DNA of 32,000 nt from Ancylomarina euxinus (GCF_003863355.1 NZ_QQWG01000011.1:68879-100878); one strand, 5' to 3'; counted from the stretch's first letter, positions 1 through 8,279 are shown. Notes: generated by a model from the sequence alone, not told the origin. Program-made: numbers and translations.

Positions 1-195
1 AGCTTCAGAAAGATCGGTAAGAAGGTGGTTCATGCGAGAAATCTCGGCATCAGGTTTAGACAGTTGAGATACTGAATTCATCAACCTTTTATAGCTTGAG
101 TGACCAATAAACCCAGCACTTACTATCGTTATTAGTAATACAAGATAACCTGCAATCACTTTTACTCTGATGTGTTGATCTTTATTTTTTACCAT
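1..195 (-). CDS. N-terminal fragment (65 codons, runs off the window edge) of a membrane-anchored protein, possibly a sensor/signalling protein
   Basis: My own minus-strand translation from the ATG at 195..193 gives MVKNKDQHIRVKVIAGYLVLLITIVSAGFIGHSSYKRLMNSVSQLSKPDAEISRMNHLLTDLSEA, open to position 1. It has a basic N-terminus and one ~20-aa hydrophobic helix, as at the start of many sensor kinases. The product assignment is a guess. Confidence 0.45.
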   Translation of the reverse strand, partial: MVKNKDQHIRVKVIAGYLVLLITIVSAGFIGHSSYKRLMNSVSQLSKPDAEISRMNHLLTDLSEA

Positions 196-420
196 ATGAG
201 GTTCGAAATGTTTGTAAAATACAAATTTAGAGGATTTTATATATAAACCGATGTTAAAATTCTACAATTGAGGATTTCTCACTCAGTTATGGCTAAAAAT
301 TCCCCAATTCAAGTCCAGGCTCCAAACTCACAACAGAAACTTTATTTCACCTGCCAAGAATTCATATGTCACATTTTAAACAACTTACGAAACAATTATC
401 ACAAAATAAGTTTAGGATAT

Positions 421-428
421 TCACTTTG
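421..428 (+). promoter_or_regulatory. Candidate -7 promoter box (TCACTTTG, one mismatch to Bacteroidota TAnnTTTG) for lipoprotein copy A
   Basis: The box lies in a TTTGGCA block that is conserved upstream of both paralogs. Its last G is exactly 64 nt before the ATG, the same spacing as in copy B. Confidence 0.3.
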
Positions 429-492
429 GCATAATAATTACAATACATGTTTCAAGAATTAAACTAGAATCACATAAATAAAGATTAAACAC

Positions 493-1347
493 ATGAAACG
501 TATTATCATTGCCTTATCAATTCTTCCTTTTTTCGTTGCTTGTAATCAGAAAGAAATCAAACAACTTAAAGAACAAAATCAAGAACTTACAATCGCAGCA
601 AATGAAAAAGAAGTTGCCATTAATGATTTTGTAGCAACTTTAAATTCTATTGAGGAAAATATTGAGATTATTAAAGAGAAAGAAAATATTGTCGTTGTAA
701 ACTCTGAGAATCCAGACAAATCTCAAAAACAAAAAATTTCAAGTGCACTGACTTCTATCAATAATATTCTTGAGCAAAATCGTTTAAAGATTGCTGAGCT
801 TGATAGGAAACTTAAAAATGGCTGGTACCAAAATTCAAAGTTGAGAAAATTAACTGATCGTTTGAAAGCTGATGTTGCTCAAAAAGAAGCTGACATTGTA
901 ATTCTTACAGAGAATATTGCTTCATTAAATATCAAAGTAGAAGGTTTAACAACGAGTGTTGCAAGTCTAAATACAACTGTTGATAGTTTAAGTACTGAAA
1001 ATGCTGAAAGAGCAAAACTTATTGAAGAGAAAACCAACAACCTAAATACTGCTTACTATGTGATTGGGTCTAGTTCTGAGCTAAAATCAAAGAATATTAT
1101 CAGTAAAAAAGGTGGTATTATTGGCATCGGTTCTGCTACTGTTTTAAACGAAAACTTCGATTCAAGAGAGTTCAAACAAATTGATATCAGAGAAATAGCA
1201 TTAATCCCTTTTGAAGGTGAAAAAATTGAAGTTATCACAACCCATCCTCTAAACTCATTTAAATTAGAAGCGGGAAAAGGATTAGCAATTATTGATGCTG
1301 AACAATTTTGGAAAAGCTCAAAATACCTGGTCGTTAAAATTCGATAA
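493..1347 (+). CDS. Coiled-coil lipoprotein, uncharacterised family (paralog A)
   Basis: 284-aa ORF. It has a signal peptide with a lipobox Cys (LPFFVAC), a long heptad-rich K/E/L/N region, and a conserved C-terminal domain ending FWKSSKYLVVK. It is strongly similar to the next gene. Confidence 0.85.
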   Translation: MKRIIIALSILPFFVACNQKEIKQLKEQNQELTIAANEKEVAINDFVATLNSIEENIEIIKEKENIVVVNSENPDKSQKQKISSALTSINNILEQNRLKIAELDRKLKNGWYQNSKLRKLTDRLKADVAQKEADIVILTENIASLNIKVEGLTTSVASLNTTVDSLSTENAERAKLIEEKTNNLNTAYYVIGSSSELKSKNIISKKGGIIGIGSATVLNENFDSREFKQIDIREIALIPFEGEKIEVITTHPLNSFKLEAGKGLAIIDAEQFWKSSKYLVVKIR

Positions 1348-1374
1348 TCAAAACCTACTGAAAAGTGCATTAAA

Positions 1375-1402
1375 GAAAGGCCATCCTTTCAGATGGTCTT
1401 TC
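1375..1402 (+). terminator. Possible weak intrinsic terminator after paralog A
   Basis: Hairpin GAAAGGCCATC-CTTTCA-GATGGTCTTTC (11 bp with one G-U). The downstream T tract is poor (ATCTTTCC). Confidence 0.35.
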
Positions 1403-1604
1403 ATCTTTCCAAACATATATTGTTATTTTAGTAAAGCGGATGTGTTACATAATTGAGGAGGCACACCACAGTAGTGAGGAAATATTCCACAGTTTGACTC
1501 CCCAATTAATACATCGGGAAGTTCAAACCAAACAGAAAACATCATACAAAGCCTACGAACAGTGGCTTTTACAATAATTTTTCAAACTCAATTTTTCAGA
1601 ATTT

Positions 1605-1612
1605 TATTTTTG
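1605..1612 (+). promoter_or_regulatory. Candidate -7 promoter box TATTTTTG (exact TAnnTTTG) for lipoprotein copy B
   Basis: Exact match to the Bacteroidota sigma-A -7 consensus. It is homologous in position to the box at 421..428 and lies 64 nt before the ATG at 1677. Confidence 0.4.
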
Positions 1613-1670
1613 GCACAGTATTTATACTATACATTCCTGAATTTATTTTGAATATTGTAATAATTAGAAC

Positions 1671-2531
1671 ATGACTATGAAACGTATTATTTTTGCATTA
1701 TTGATCCTAACTGTTTTTGCTTCTTGTAACCAAAAAGAACTTGAACAACTAAAGGCTGACAAAGTACAACTTACAGAAACACTTAAGCAGAAAGAAGTTT
1801 CTATTAATGAGTTTGTCTCTACTTTAAACTCTATCGAAGAGAATCTTGAAATCATTAAAGAAAAAGAGAAGATTGTAGCTGTTGATTCAGAAGCTCCTAC
1901 TAAATCTCAAAAGCAAAAAATTGCTAAAAATATCACTGCTATCAATAACTTACTTGAGCAGAACCGTGCTAAGATTGCTGATTTAGACAAGAAACTAAAA
2001 GGTAGCTGGTACCAAAACTCTAAATTGAGAAAATTAACTGATCGTTTGAAAGCTGATGTTGCTCAGAAAGAAGCTGACATTGCTGCTTTAACAGAGCAAG
2101 TTGCTAACCTTAACATTAAAGTTGAAGGATTAAACGAAAACGTTACTAAATTAAATACTGCAGTTAACGAGTTAACTACAGAAAATGCTGATCAAGCTAA
2201 AACTATTAGCGAAAGAACAACTTCAATGAATACTGCTTACTATGTAGTAGGTTCTACTTCTGAGCTAAAAGCTAAGAATGTAATCTCTAAAAAAGGTGGT
2301 ATTATCGGAATCGCTTCTGCTACAGTTTTAAACGAGAATGCAGATACAAAAGAATTTGAAAAAATTGATATCACTGAGACTACTTTGATTCCTGTTGAAG
2401 GAAAGAAGATTACTTTGGTAACTACTCACTCTGCAAGCTCTTATAAGTTTGAAGAAGGTAAAGGTATTACCATTACTAATGCTGACGAATTTTGGAAGTC
2501 TTCAAAATTCCTAGTAGTTAAGGCTCGATAA
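1671..2531 (+). CDS. Coiled-coil lipoprotein, uncharacterised family (paralog B); the true start may be the ATG at 1677 (MKRII)
   Basis: 286-aa ORF with lipobox LTVFASC and the same architecture as 493..1347. Roughly two thirds of residues look identical by eye. The spacing of the conserved promoter box favours 1677 as the start. Confidence 0.85.
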   Translation: MTMKRIIFALLILTVFASCNQKELEQLKADKVQLTETLKQKEVSINEFVSTLNSIEENLEIIKEKEKIVAVDSEAPTKSQKQKIAKNITAINNLLEQNRAKIADLDKKLKGSWYQNSKLRKLTDRLKADVAQKEADIAALTEQVANLNIKVEGLNENVTKLNTAVNELTTENADQAKTISERTTSMNTAYYVVGSTSELKAKNVISKKGGIIGIASATVLNENADTKEFEKIDITETTLIPVEGKKITLVTTHSASSYKFEEGKGITITNADEFWKSSKFLVVKAR

Positions 2532-2561
2532 TCAATTCATGGTTGAGTTTTAAGGTTGTCC

Positions 2562-2600
2562 AAGAAAGGCTGTTCATTACGAACAGCCTTTCTTATTTTT
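2562..2600 (+). terminator. Intrinsic terminator after paralog B
   Basis: Perfect 14-bp stem AAGAAAGGCTGTTC / GAACAGCCTTTCTT with loop ATTAC, followed by ATTTTT. Confidence 0.8.
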
Positions 2601-2701
2601 ACCCGTTTGGTACTTCCAATTCACAAATACGAGAATCCTTTGTTGTATTAATTGAATTATTTAGTATTTTTATTCATTCTAAATAAATAAAATATTCAAT
2701 T

Positions 2702-3082
2702 ATGGACAAAGCACATAACATCAATAAATTTTACGCGTTACTTTTGATCCTTTTAGGTTCTTTCGGTTTTATTATGCGATATGTAGAGCTGGGCGATATG
2801 CAATTCACGGCCCTAATTCCGGCTGTATTCGGACTAATTCTGCTCTCTTTTACCAATGGTATTAAGAATGAGAATTCAGTAATTGGTCACTTAGCAGGTG
2901 TTCTAACCCTTCTTCTAGTTGTTATGTCAGCTGTGATGCTAACAAAGGGCTTAGTAGCTGAATTTAGCCTGGGACGCAAACAAATCATTTTCCTATTTGT
3001 AATTGCAGGAGGAATATACAGTTTACGCGCTCAATTTCTATACTTCAAAGCACAACGTAGAAGAAAAGCGAAATTGAAATAA
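2702..3082 (+). CDS. Small integral membrane protein (about four hydrophobic helices), unknown function
   Basis: 126-aa ORF with four hydrophobic stretches and a basic C-terminal tail (KAQRRRKAKLK). I recognise no motif. Confidence 0.6.
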   Translation: MDKAHNINKFYALLLILLGSFGFIMRYVELGDMQFTALIPAVFGLILLSFTNGIKNENSVIGHLAGVLTLLLVVMSAVMLTKGLVAEFSLGRKQIIFLFVIAGGIYSLRAQFLYFKAQRRRKAKLK

Positions 3083-3104
3083 ATCAATAAACACATTAAA
3101 CAAC

Positions 3105-3134
3105 AATCCCGATTTGCATGAGCAGATCGGGATT
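3105..3134. terminator. Hairpin between convergent genes, possibly a bidirectional terminator
   Basis: AATCCCGAT / ATCGGGATT 9-bp stem with a 12-nt loop. It lies between the stop at 3082 (+) and the stop at 3140 (-). Confidence 0.5.
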
Positions 3135-3139
3135 TGTTC

Positions 3140-3961
3140 TTAGTTAGAATGTATTTCATGTTGTCTTGTTAATAGATCACAACCACAATGAGGGCACTTT
3201 CTATCCTCTTTTTTCTGTTTGACTTGTTCAACTTTTGCCATAAAGCCAGCTCCAACAATTCCTGTAGGTAAAGCAACAATCCCAATCCCAAGAATCGCAA
3301 TCAAACCGCTTATGAATTTACCTAATCCTGTAATAGGATAAATATCTCCATATCCAACTGTTGTGAGTGTGGCAACTGCCCACCAAAATGATTCAAGAAT
3401 ATTCGAAAAAGCTTCAGGTTGTTTATCACCTTCGATATGATACATGAGGAATGAAGCGATCATTAGAATTAGAAAAGTTAAAAAACCCGTTACGGCTAGT
3501 TCTGACTTCTTTTCTTTGATGACTGCCCATATTAAGTTTAGAGAATCATTATATCGATTAAGTTTCAAAATTCTAAGGAATCTCGTTAATCTTAAAGCTC
3601 GTAAGAATCTTAAATCAATCTTTATAAGCATTGGTAAGAAAAAAGGTAGGATTGCGAGTAAGTCAATTAAACCATAAGTAGAAAAAATAAATTTTGATGC
3701 TGATTTTAATCTTGTTTCTGAAGGATGGGTAACATCAGAAACATATATTCTCATAAAATACTCAATTGTAAAAATACCAATAGACAAAATATTAAAGCCG
3801 TAAAGAATCTCAGAATATTTTGAATGTACATCTGGTATTGATTCTAAGATTATTGATACCAAACTCATTACAATCAGGCTCATTATGAAATTATCGAACA
3901 TCTGATTTAATCTTCTTCCATGAGAACCTTTTTCCACTAATTCGTATATCCTACTTTTCAT
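3140..3961 (-). CDS. Voltage-gated-type (6-TM) potassium channel
   Basis: K+ selectivity filter TTVGYGD. S4-like helix with a basic residue at every third position (RFLRALRLTRFLRILKLNR). Six hydrophobic segments. I prefer the start at M25 of the tracked ORF (MKSRIYELVEKG, ATG at 3961), because the upstream 24 codons look non-coding. Confidence 0.85.
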   Translation of the reverse strand: MKSRIYELVEKGSHGRRLNQMFDNFIMSLIVMSLVSIILESIPDVHSKYSEILYGFNILSIGIFTIEYFMRIYVSDVTHPSETRLKSASKFIFSTYGLIDLLAILPFFLPMLIKIDLRFLRALRLTRFLRILKLNRYNDSLNLIWAVIKEKKSELAVTGFLTFLILMIASFLMYHIEGDKQPEAFSNILESFWWAVATLTTVGYGDIYPITGLGKFISGLIAILGIGIVALPTGIVGAGFMAKVEQVKQKKEDRKCPHCGCDLLTRQHEIHSN

Positions 3962-4158
3962 GCTCAATATGTATTTCTTTTCGGACTCAAATCTAACACA
4001 TATCATTATATATACATAACATTGCGAAAACATATAATAATTTTACTAATTTTTCCTAAATTAGATCTCGGTTGTTGGAAATTAAATCAAACAAAAGTCC
4101 TGGATAAGTGCTTAAGAATAGGTGAGATGACTTTTGACACCATTTTAAATAAATCCCA

Positions 4159-4905
4159 ATGTCAGATCAACAAGAACTAATAGATATAATGGAGGAGATT
4201 AAAGTTTTTCCCCGGGAAAAAATTAAAAATTTCACCACACCCATCAGCATCTATTTAAATGAAGCTGATAACCTACACACCCGTGCCAATCTTGATTTAT
4301 TACAACTTCAGGAAGTTGGCATGTCGGCAGATTTACTCGATAGACTGAAACATCTCACCACAGCACTTCGACGTGCGCAGGTCAATTGGAAAGAATTAAA
4401 AACCGAGAAACAAAAAGCTCAATCTATTTGGAAACAAGAATCGAAGACCCTCTACGAACTTCGTAAGGATTTGCTCGAAGGGATGAGTTTTGCTTTCCGA
4501 AAAGATGAAAATCTAATGCAACATTTACGCGAGATAAAAAAGGGGCGTAATCAAGCCGATGACATTCATGATTTATCGCGACTAGCCGTACTAGGCACGA
4601 GGAACCTACATCTATTAGAAGCCATTCATTTCGACATCAGCCTTTGCGATAAAGCCGCCAAGGCATCAAGCCGATTTGCTCATATATTAGGAGCTGTTAA
4701 TGGGCATTTGTATGTCGAAGACGAAATTAAAATCACACGAGACAAAGCCTATAGTCTACTGAAAGAGGTGGTAGACGAGTTGCGTGCCTATGGTCGTTTT
4801 GCTTTCCGAAAGAAGCCTAACCAGCAAAAGTCTTACACAAGCTCATATATCCACAAACGAAATATCATGTACCGAAAAAATAAGAAATCATCACTTGAGG
4901 AATAG
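4159..4905 (+). CDS. Hypothetical, predicted all-helical soluble protein
   Basis: 248-aa ORF with an ATG start and protein-like composition with amphipathic helical stretches. It has a K/R/N-rich tail and no motif I recognise. Confidence 0.6.
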   Translation: MSDQQELIDIMEEIKVFPREKIKNFTTPISIYLNEADNLHTRANLDLLQLQEVGMSADLLDRLKHLTTALRRAQVNWKELKTEKQKAQSIWKQESKTLYELRKDLLEGMSFAFRKDENLMQHLREIKKGRNQADDIHDLSRLAVLGTRNLHLLEAIHFDISLCDKAAKASSRFAHILGAVNGHLYVEDEIKITRDKAYSLLKEVVDELRAYGRFAFRKKPNQQKSYTSSYIHKRNIMYRKNKKSSLEE

Positions 4906-5226
4906 AATAAAACCATGCCCTTGATAGGGTGAATCTATTTTTCTCCTTAACAATGACTATTTGTTCCGATACGATAGGCTCCTGCGTACAAACAATTGTC
5001 TTTATTTTACTATCATTGCTCACGCTCTCACTTACAAAAGACATTTGCTTACAGTACAAATCTTCACACTTAAAGACAGGAAGCAAAATAGGTGAGACAG
5101 ATAGGTTCGTTTGTGAGCAAATGATACCTACATGTGAACAAAAGTTATTGGACATCGATACAAACCAAATTTGCATGACAAAAATAACTCCATCCCTATA
5201 AGAAAACATGCTAAAATAAAATAGAC

Positions 5227-6180
5227 CTAATTATTCTGATAAACCGTAACAATTTTGTGGCCTTTACTCATAAGAAGTTCTTGCGTTTGGCTGTAGTTCT
5301 GAGTAAATCCCAAGAGAAAACCACCCCCTCCCGAACCACAAAGTTTAAGTGAGAACATTTTATTATCGAGTCCAAACTCCCAAATAGACAGGAATTCATC
5401 GGGAATCATCGATTTAAAGTGCTGCAATTGGAAGCTTGAAAGCTTAGCAACATTATTAAAGAAAGGAGTCGATTCACCCCTTATGAGTTCTTGAATGCAG
5501 CTGTTGTTGAGTGGTATAAATTCCTGCTTTATCTGCTCTGAATAGTCTTCCTCATCGCAAGATTTTAGAAAAGCCTTAACCAAAGGTGCCGTATTGCCTT
5601 GCTTATCGGTATCAACAAGAAAAATGGCACTGTCCTGACCAAATTTACGCCCTGGCAAGGTCACCAACTCTATTTTTTTTGAATTATGAATCAATAGAGG
5701 CAATTTTAGGTAGGAATTTAAGGGATCCAAGCCTGAACTTTGTCCGTGGAAACCTGATTCTAGTTGAGAGAATAAAGTTTTCAATTCCGTAATTTGTTCG
5801 GTACGGATAACACGATTATTCGAAATCGCCTTGTGAGCATATTTTTTATAAATAGCTGCACATAAAGCTCCTGAACTCCCTAATCCATAACTCTCTGGAA
5901 TGCTCGACTCAAAATATAAACCTTTGGCGACATCTTTCTTAAGGGCTTTAATGTGAATAAAAGTATCAAGCTGATTCTCTTCAATATACTCACAGAATTT
6001 TTGAAGTTCCTCATTCGATCGACGAGCAAATTGTCTATCGGTATATTTATTCTCATCGATAAAACTCAACTCACCCTTAAAATGAGTGTACGGAATACTC
6101 AATCCCATTGAATTAAATAGAACAGCGTACTCCCCAAAGAGTAAAATTTTAGCGTAATATTGTTCAGGTCTATGATTCAT
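5227..6180 (-). CDS. mvk: Mevalonate kinase (GHMP kinase family)
   Basis: N-terminal KILLFGEYAVL motif and GHMP motif II (ESYGLGSSGALCAAI), at 317 aa. It sits in an operon with mvaD, HMG-CoA reductase and fni. Confidence 0.8.
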   Translation of the reverse strand: MNHRPEQYYAKILLFGEYAVLFNSMGLSIPYTHFKGELSFIDENKYTDRQFARRSNEELQKFCEYIEENQLDTFIHIKALKKDVAKGLYFESSIPESYGLGSSGALCAAIYKKYAHKAISNNRVIRTEQITELKTLFSQLESGFHGQSSGLDPLNSYLKLPLLIHNSKKIELVTLPGRKFGQDSAIFLVDTDKQGNTAPLVKAFLKSCDEEDYSEQIKQEFIPLNNSCIQELIRGESTPFFNNVAKLSSFQLQHFKSMIPDEFLSIWEFGLDNKMFSLKLCGSGGGGFLLGFTQNYSQTQELLMSKGHKIVTVYQNN

Positions 6181-6189
6181 TACAATGTC

Positions 6190-7227
6190 TTATTTGATTC
6201 TCTTAGGACCATTCCCCATACCATCCTGAATATATTTACCCTCTTCCAAAAGCTCAATCAACTCTTGCTTAATAAAGTTCTGAATGATAAATTCATCAGC
6301 CTTTGGGTACAAAAGATGAATATTAGGCCCAGCATCCAAAGTAAAGCAAAGTGGAATTTGAGTTTTTTCCCTAAAGTTCTTAATTCGCTCTATGGCGATA
6401 AGCGTATTCGGTTTTAACAAAGTGTAAGATGGATTTGAACTCATCATCAGCCCGTGCAAACTAAGAGCCTCATTCTCGACAATATGAGTGAACTTATCAA
6501 AATCACCTTGTTCCAAAACATCTAATAGTTCCACCATATTAAGACGTGCTTGCTGAAAACGAGCATCGGCATAAGGGTGATCTACCATCAGTTCATGACC
6601 GGCTGTACTCGAAACCTTCTTAGGCGAAGAATCGATCATCAGAATCGTATCCTGTAGATCCTGAAAAGTTGGGTGAATCGTTCCTTTAAAAGGGATGGCA
6701 AAATAATTAGAGCTCTCAGTCTGACCTTCCATTTCACCCCAAATAGCATATTGTCCAAATACCGAACGCGAAGCACTACCCGAACCTAGACGAGCAATTC
6801 TACTGGCTTTCTGAAGGAAGAAATCACGAGGCATCTCCATTTCATCAATAGCCTCCTGCATACTACAAAGGCACAAAGCCAAGGCACTCATAGCAGAAGC
6901 TGAACTGGCAATACCTGCCGAATGTGGAAAGGTATTGGAACTCGAAATCTTAAGTTGATATTTAGTCAGGCAAGGCAAATCGTTTGAAACAGAATCAATG
7001 AATTTGCTCAACTTCTCTTCAAAAGCTTTATTCTCTTTCCCTTCGAAAAGGTAGGTAAGATCTTTTTCTCCCGGCTTCTTGGGAGAATAAGTCAGTTCAA
7101 AACGAGAAACTGACGCGCTCAAACTCATACTTAAAGAAGGATTGCAAGGTAGTTGAACACCCATTTTTCCCCAATATTTAACCAAAGCTATATTAGATGG
7201 GCTTTCCCATATGATCGTATTTTTCAT
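6190..7227 (-). CDS. mvaD: Diphosphomevalonate decarboxylase (a phosphomevalonate decarboxylase cannot be excluded)
   Basis: Signature N-terminus SPSNIALVKYWGK and GHMP motif SAGIASSASAMSALA. 345 aa, in a mevalonate operon context. Confidence 0.85.
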   Translation of the reverse strand: MKNTIIWESPSNIALVKYWGKMGVQLPCNPSLSMSLSASVSRFELTYSPKKPGEKDLTYLFEGKENKAFEEKLSKFIDSVSNDLPCLTKYQLKISSSNTFPHSAGIASSASAMSALALCLCSMQEAIDEMEMPRDFFLQKASRIARLGSGSASRSVFGQYAIWGEMEGQTESSNYFAIPFKGTIHPTFQDLQDTILMIDSSPKKVSSTAGHELMVDHPYADARFQQARLNMVELLDVLEQGDFDKFTHIVENEALSLHGLMMSSNPSYTLLKPNTLIAIERIKNFREKTQIPLCFTLDAGPNIHLLYPKADEFIIQNFIKQELIELLEEGKYIQDGMGNGPKRIK

Positions 7228-7336
7228 CCAATTATAATTTTATATTTTGGTCGGATGGAAGCCGCCATTTTAATCGTTTTCGTGTATATTAAAGCTTTGC
7301 TCATGGCTCGTTACATTCTTATCAATTTCTTTTTTT

Positions 7337-8272
7337 TTACAAATCACCTTCATCTTCGAGCACCATATTATCCCATGGGATAAGCGTATTTAGGCCTTTC
7401 AATCGAAAATAGTTTGTTAATGTTTTTTTATCCCAATCGCTACGGACCATTACAAAATCCCCCCCCCATGCTCCTAAGGATTTTATGGATCCCTCAAAAT
7501 CGGGAAAAGCGAGTTTCTTTATGCTTGGTATGCCTAATATGTTTGAGGTAATTGCTTCGTGCTCCTCAATTATCTTATCGAAATCAACGGCCAATTCTGC
7601 ATCTAAAAGGTGAAGAGATAGGCTGGATATTTCTTGTATTTCGAGATTGTAATCTTTCTTTTGAGTTAAAAATCGCCTCACTTCATTCTCCGTTTTTTGT
7701 TTTTTTCCCAGATATAGAAAATAGATTTGATCTTTAAATTCTGGTGAAAAAATACAAGCTTCGGTCCAAATCTTATTCTTTAGTCTTTGAAAAAGTATGG
7801 GTGTGTCGTTCTGCGCACAGGCTACATCGTAACCCGATCCTTTTGAAACTCGAGCAAGCAGATCGAAGGCATCAACCTGTGCCCATTGCGCCACATTATT
7901 TATGAGTGTAGAACTCGTTCCCAAACCCCAATTTCGATTAAAATTCAAATGGGTTTCTATTCGATAAGCCGATGCATTAAGAAAATTCGGATTCAAGGCT
8001 AATGCTTGTTTTAAGAGCTGTGCTATAAAAGTTTTTTCCGGCGAAAAATCTTCTGTGGGATTCAATAAGTCATCTTTATTCAGATGAAATTTTAACCACT
8101 GTTCATCATTTTCAAAGGCCTGCCAGATTAATCCTTCATTCGTTTTAGGATAAACTGAAAGCGATTGCCCATGCTGAGTAGGAACTGCCAAAGACAGGGC
8201 GCCTTTCAGCACCAAATACTCCGCAGTGATAAGGAGTTTACCGTTCGAATAAAAAAACTGAGCTTGATCCAA
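7337..8272 (-). CDS. GHMP-family kinase of the Bacteroidota GYDIA type; candidate phosphomevalonate kinase
   Basis: N-terminal GKLLITAEYLVLKG, GHMP motif NWGLGTSSTL, and an SGYDVACA motif. 311 aa. It sits between HMG-CoA reductase and mvaD, where a PMK would be expected. Confidence 0.7.
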   Translation of the reverse strand: MDQAQFFYSNGKLLITAEYLVLKGALSLAVPTQHGQSLSVYPKTNEGLIWQAFENDEQWLKFHLNKDDLLNPTEDFSPEKTFIAQLLKQALALNPNFLNASAYRIETHLNFNRNWGLGTSSTLINNVAQWAQVDAFDLLARVSKGSGYDVACAQNDTPILFQRLKNKIWTEACIFSPEFKDQIYFLYLGKKQKTENEVRRFLTQKKDYNLEIQEISSLSLHLLDAELAVDFDKIIEEHEAITSNILGIPSIKKLAFPDFEGSIKSLGAWGGDFVMVRSDWDKKTLTNYFRLKGLNTLIPWDNMVLEDEGDL

Positions 8273-8279
8273 ATCCTAA

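Noticed and set aside
200-207. GGTTCGAA, resembling a tRNA T-arm
   Set aside because: The flanking sequence cannot form acceptor, D or anticodon stems. It sits in the promoter and start region of the truncated minus-strand gene.
268-462. 64-codon ORF (TTG start) in the leader of lipoprotein copy A
   Set aside because: The homologous duplicated leader upstream of copy B (from 1453) hits a stop after about 14 codons in the same frame, so the ORF is not conserved between the two copies. It has a non-ATG start and a composition unlike protein. The conserved blocks are better explained as regulatory DNA.
493-4905. The hypothetical-rich left end (two lipoproteins, a 4-TM protein, the K+ channel, a helical orphan) as one novel multi-gene system such as a defence island
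   Set aside because: The genes are split by strong terminators and lie in convergent and divergent orientations, so no operon is evident. There are no nuclease, ATPase, methylase or toxin-like motifs and no mobile-element flanks. Only the individual observations were reported.
4865-5209. Two overlapping ORFs on opposite strands (4865..5209 minus, 4929..5201 plus) as real genes
   Set aside because: They are mutually exclusive. One overlaps the 3' end of the 4159..4905 gene and the other uses a GTG start. Both give odd, Cys-rich, motif-less sequences. I kept them only as part of the spacer finding.
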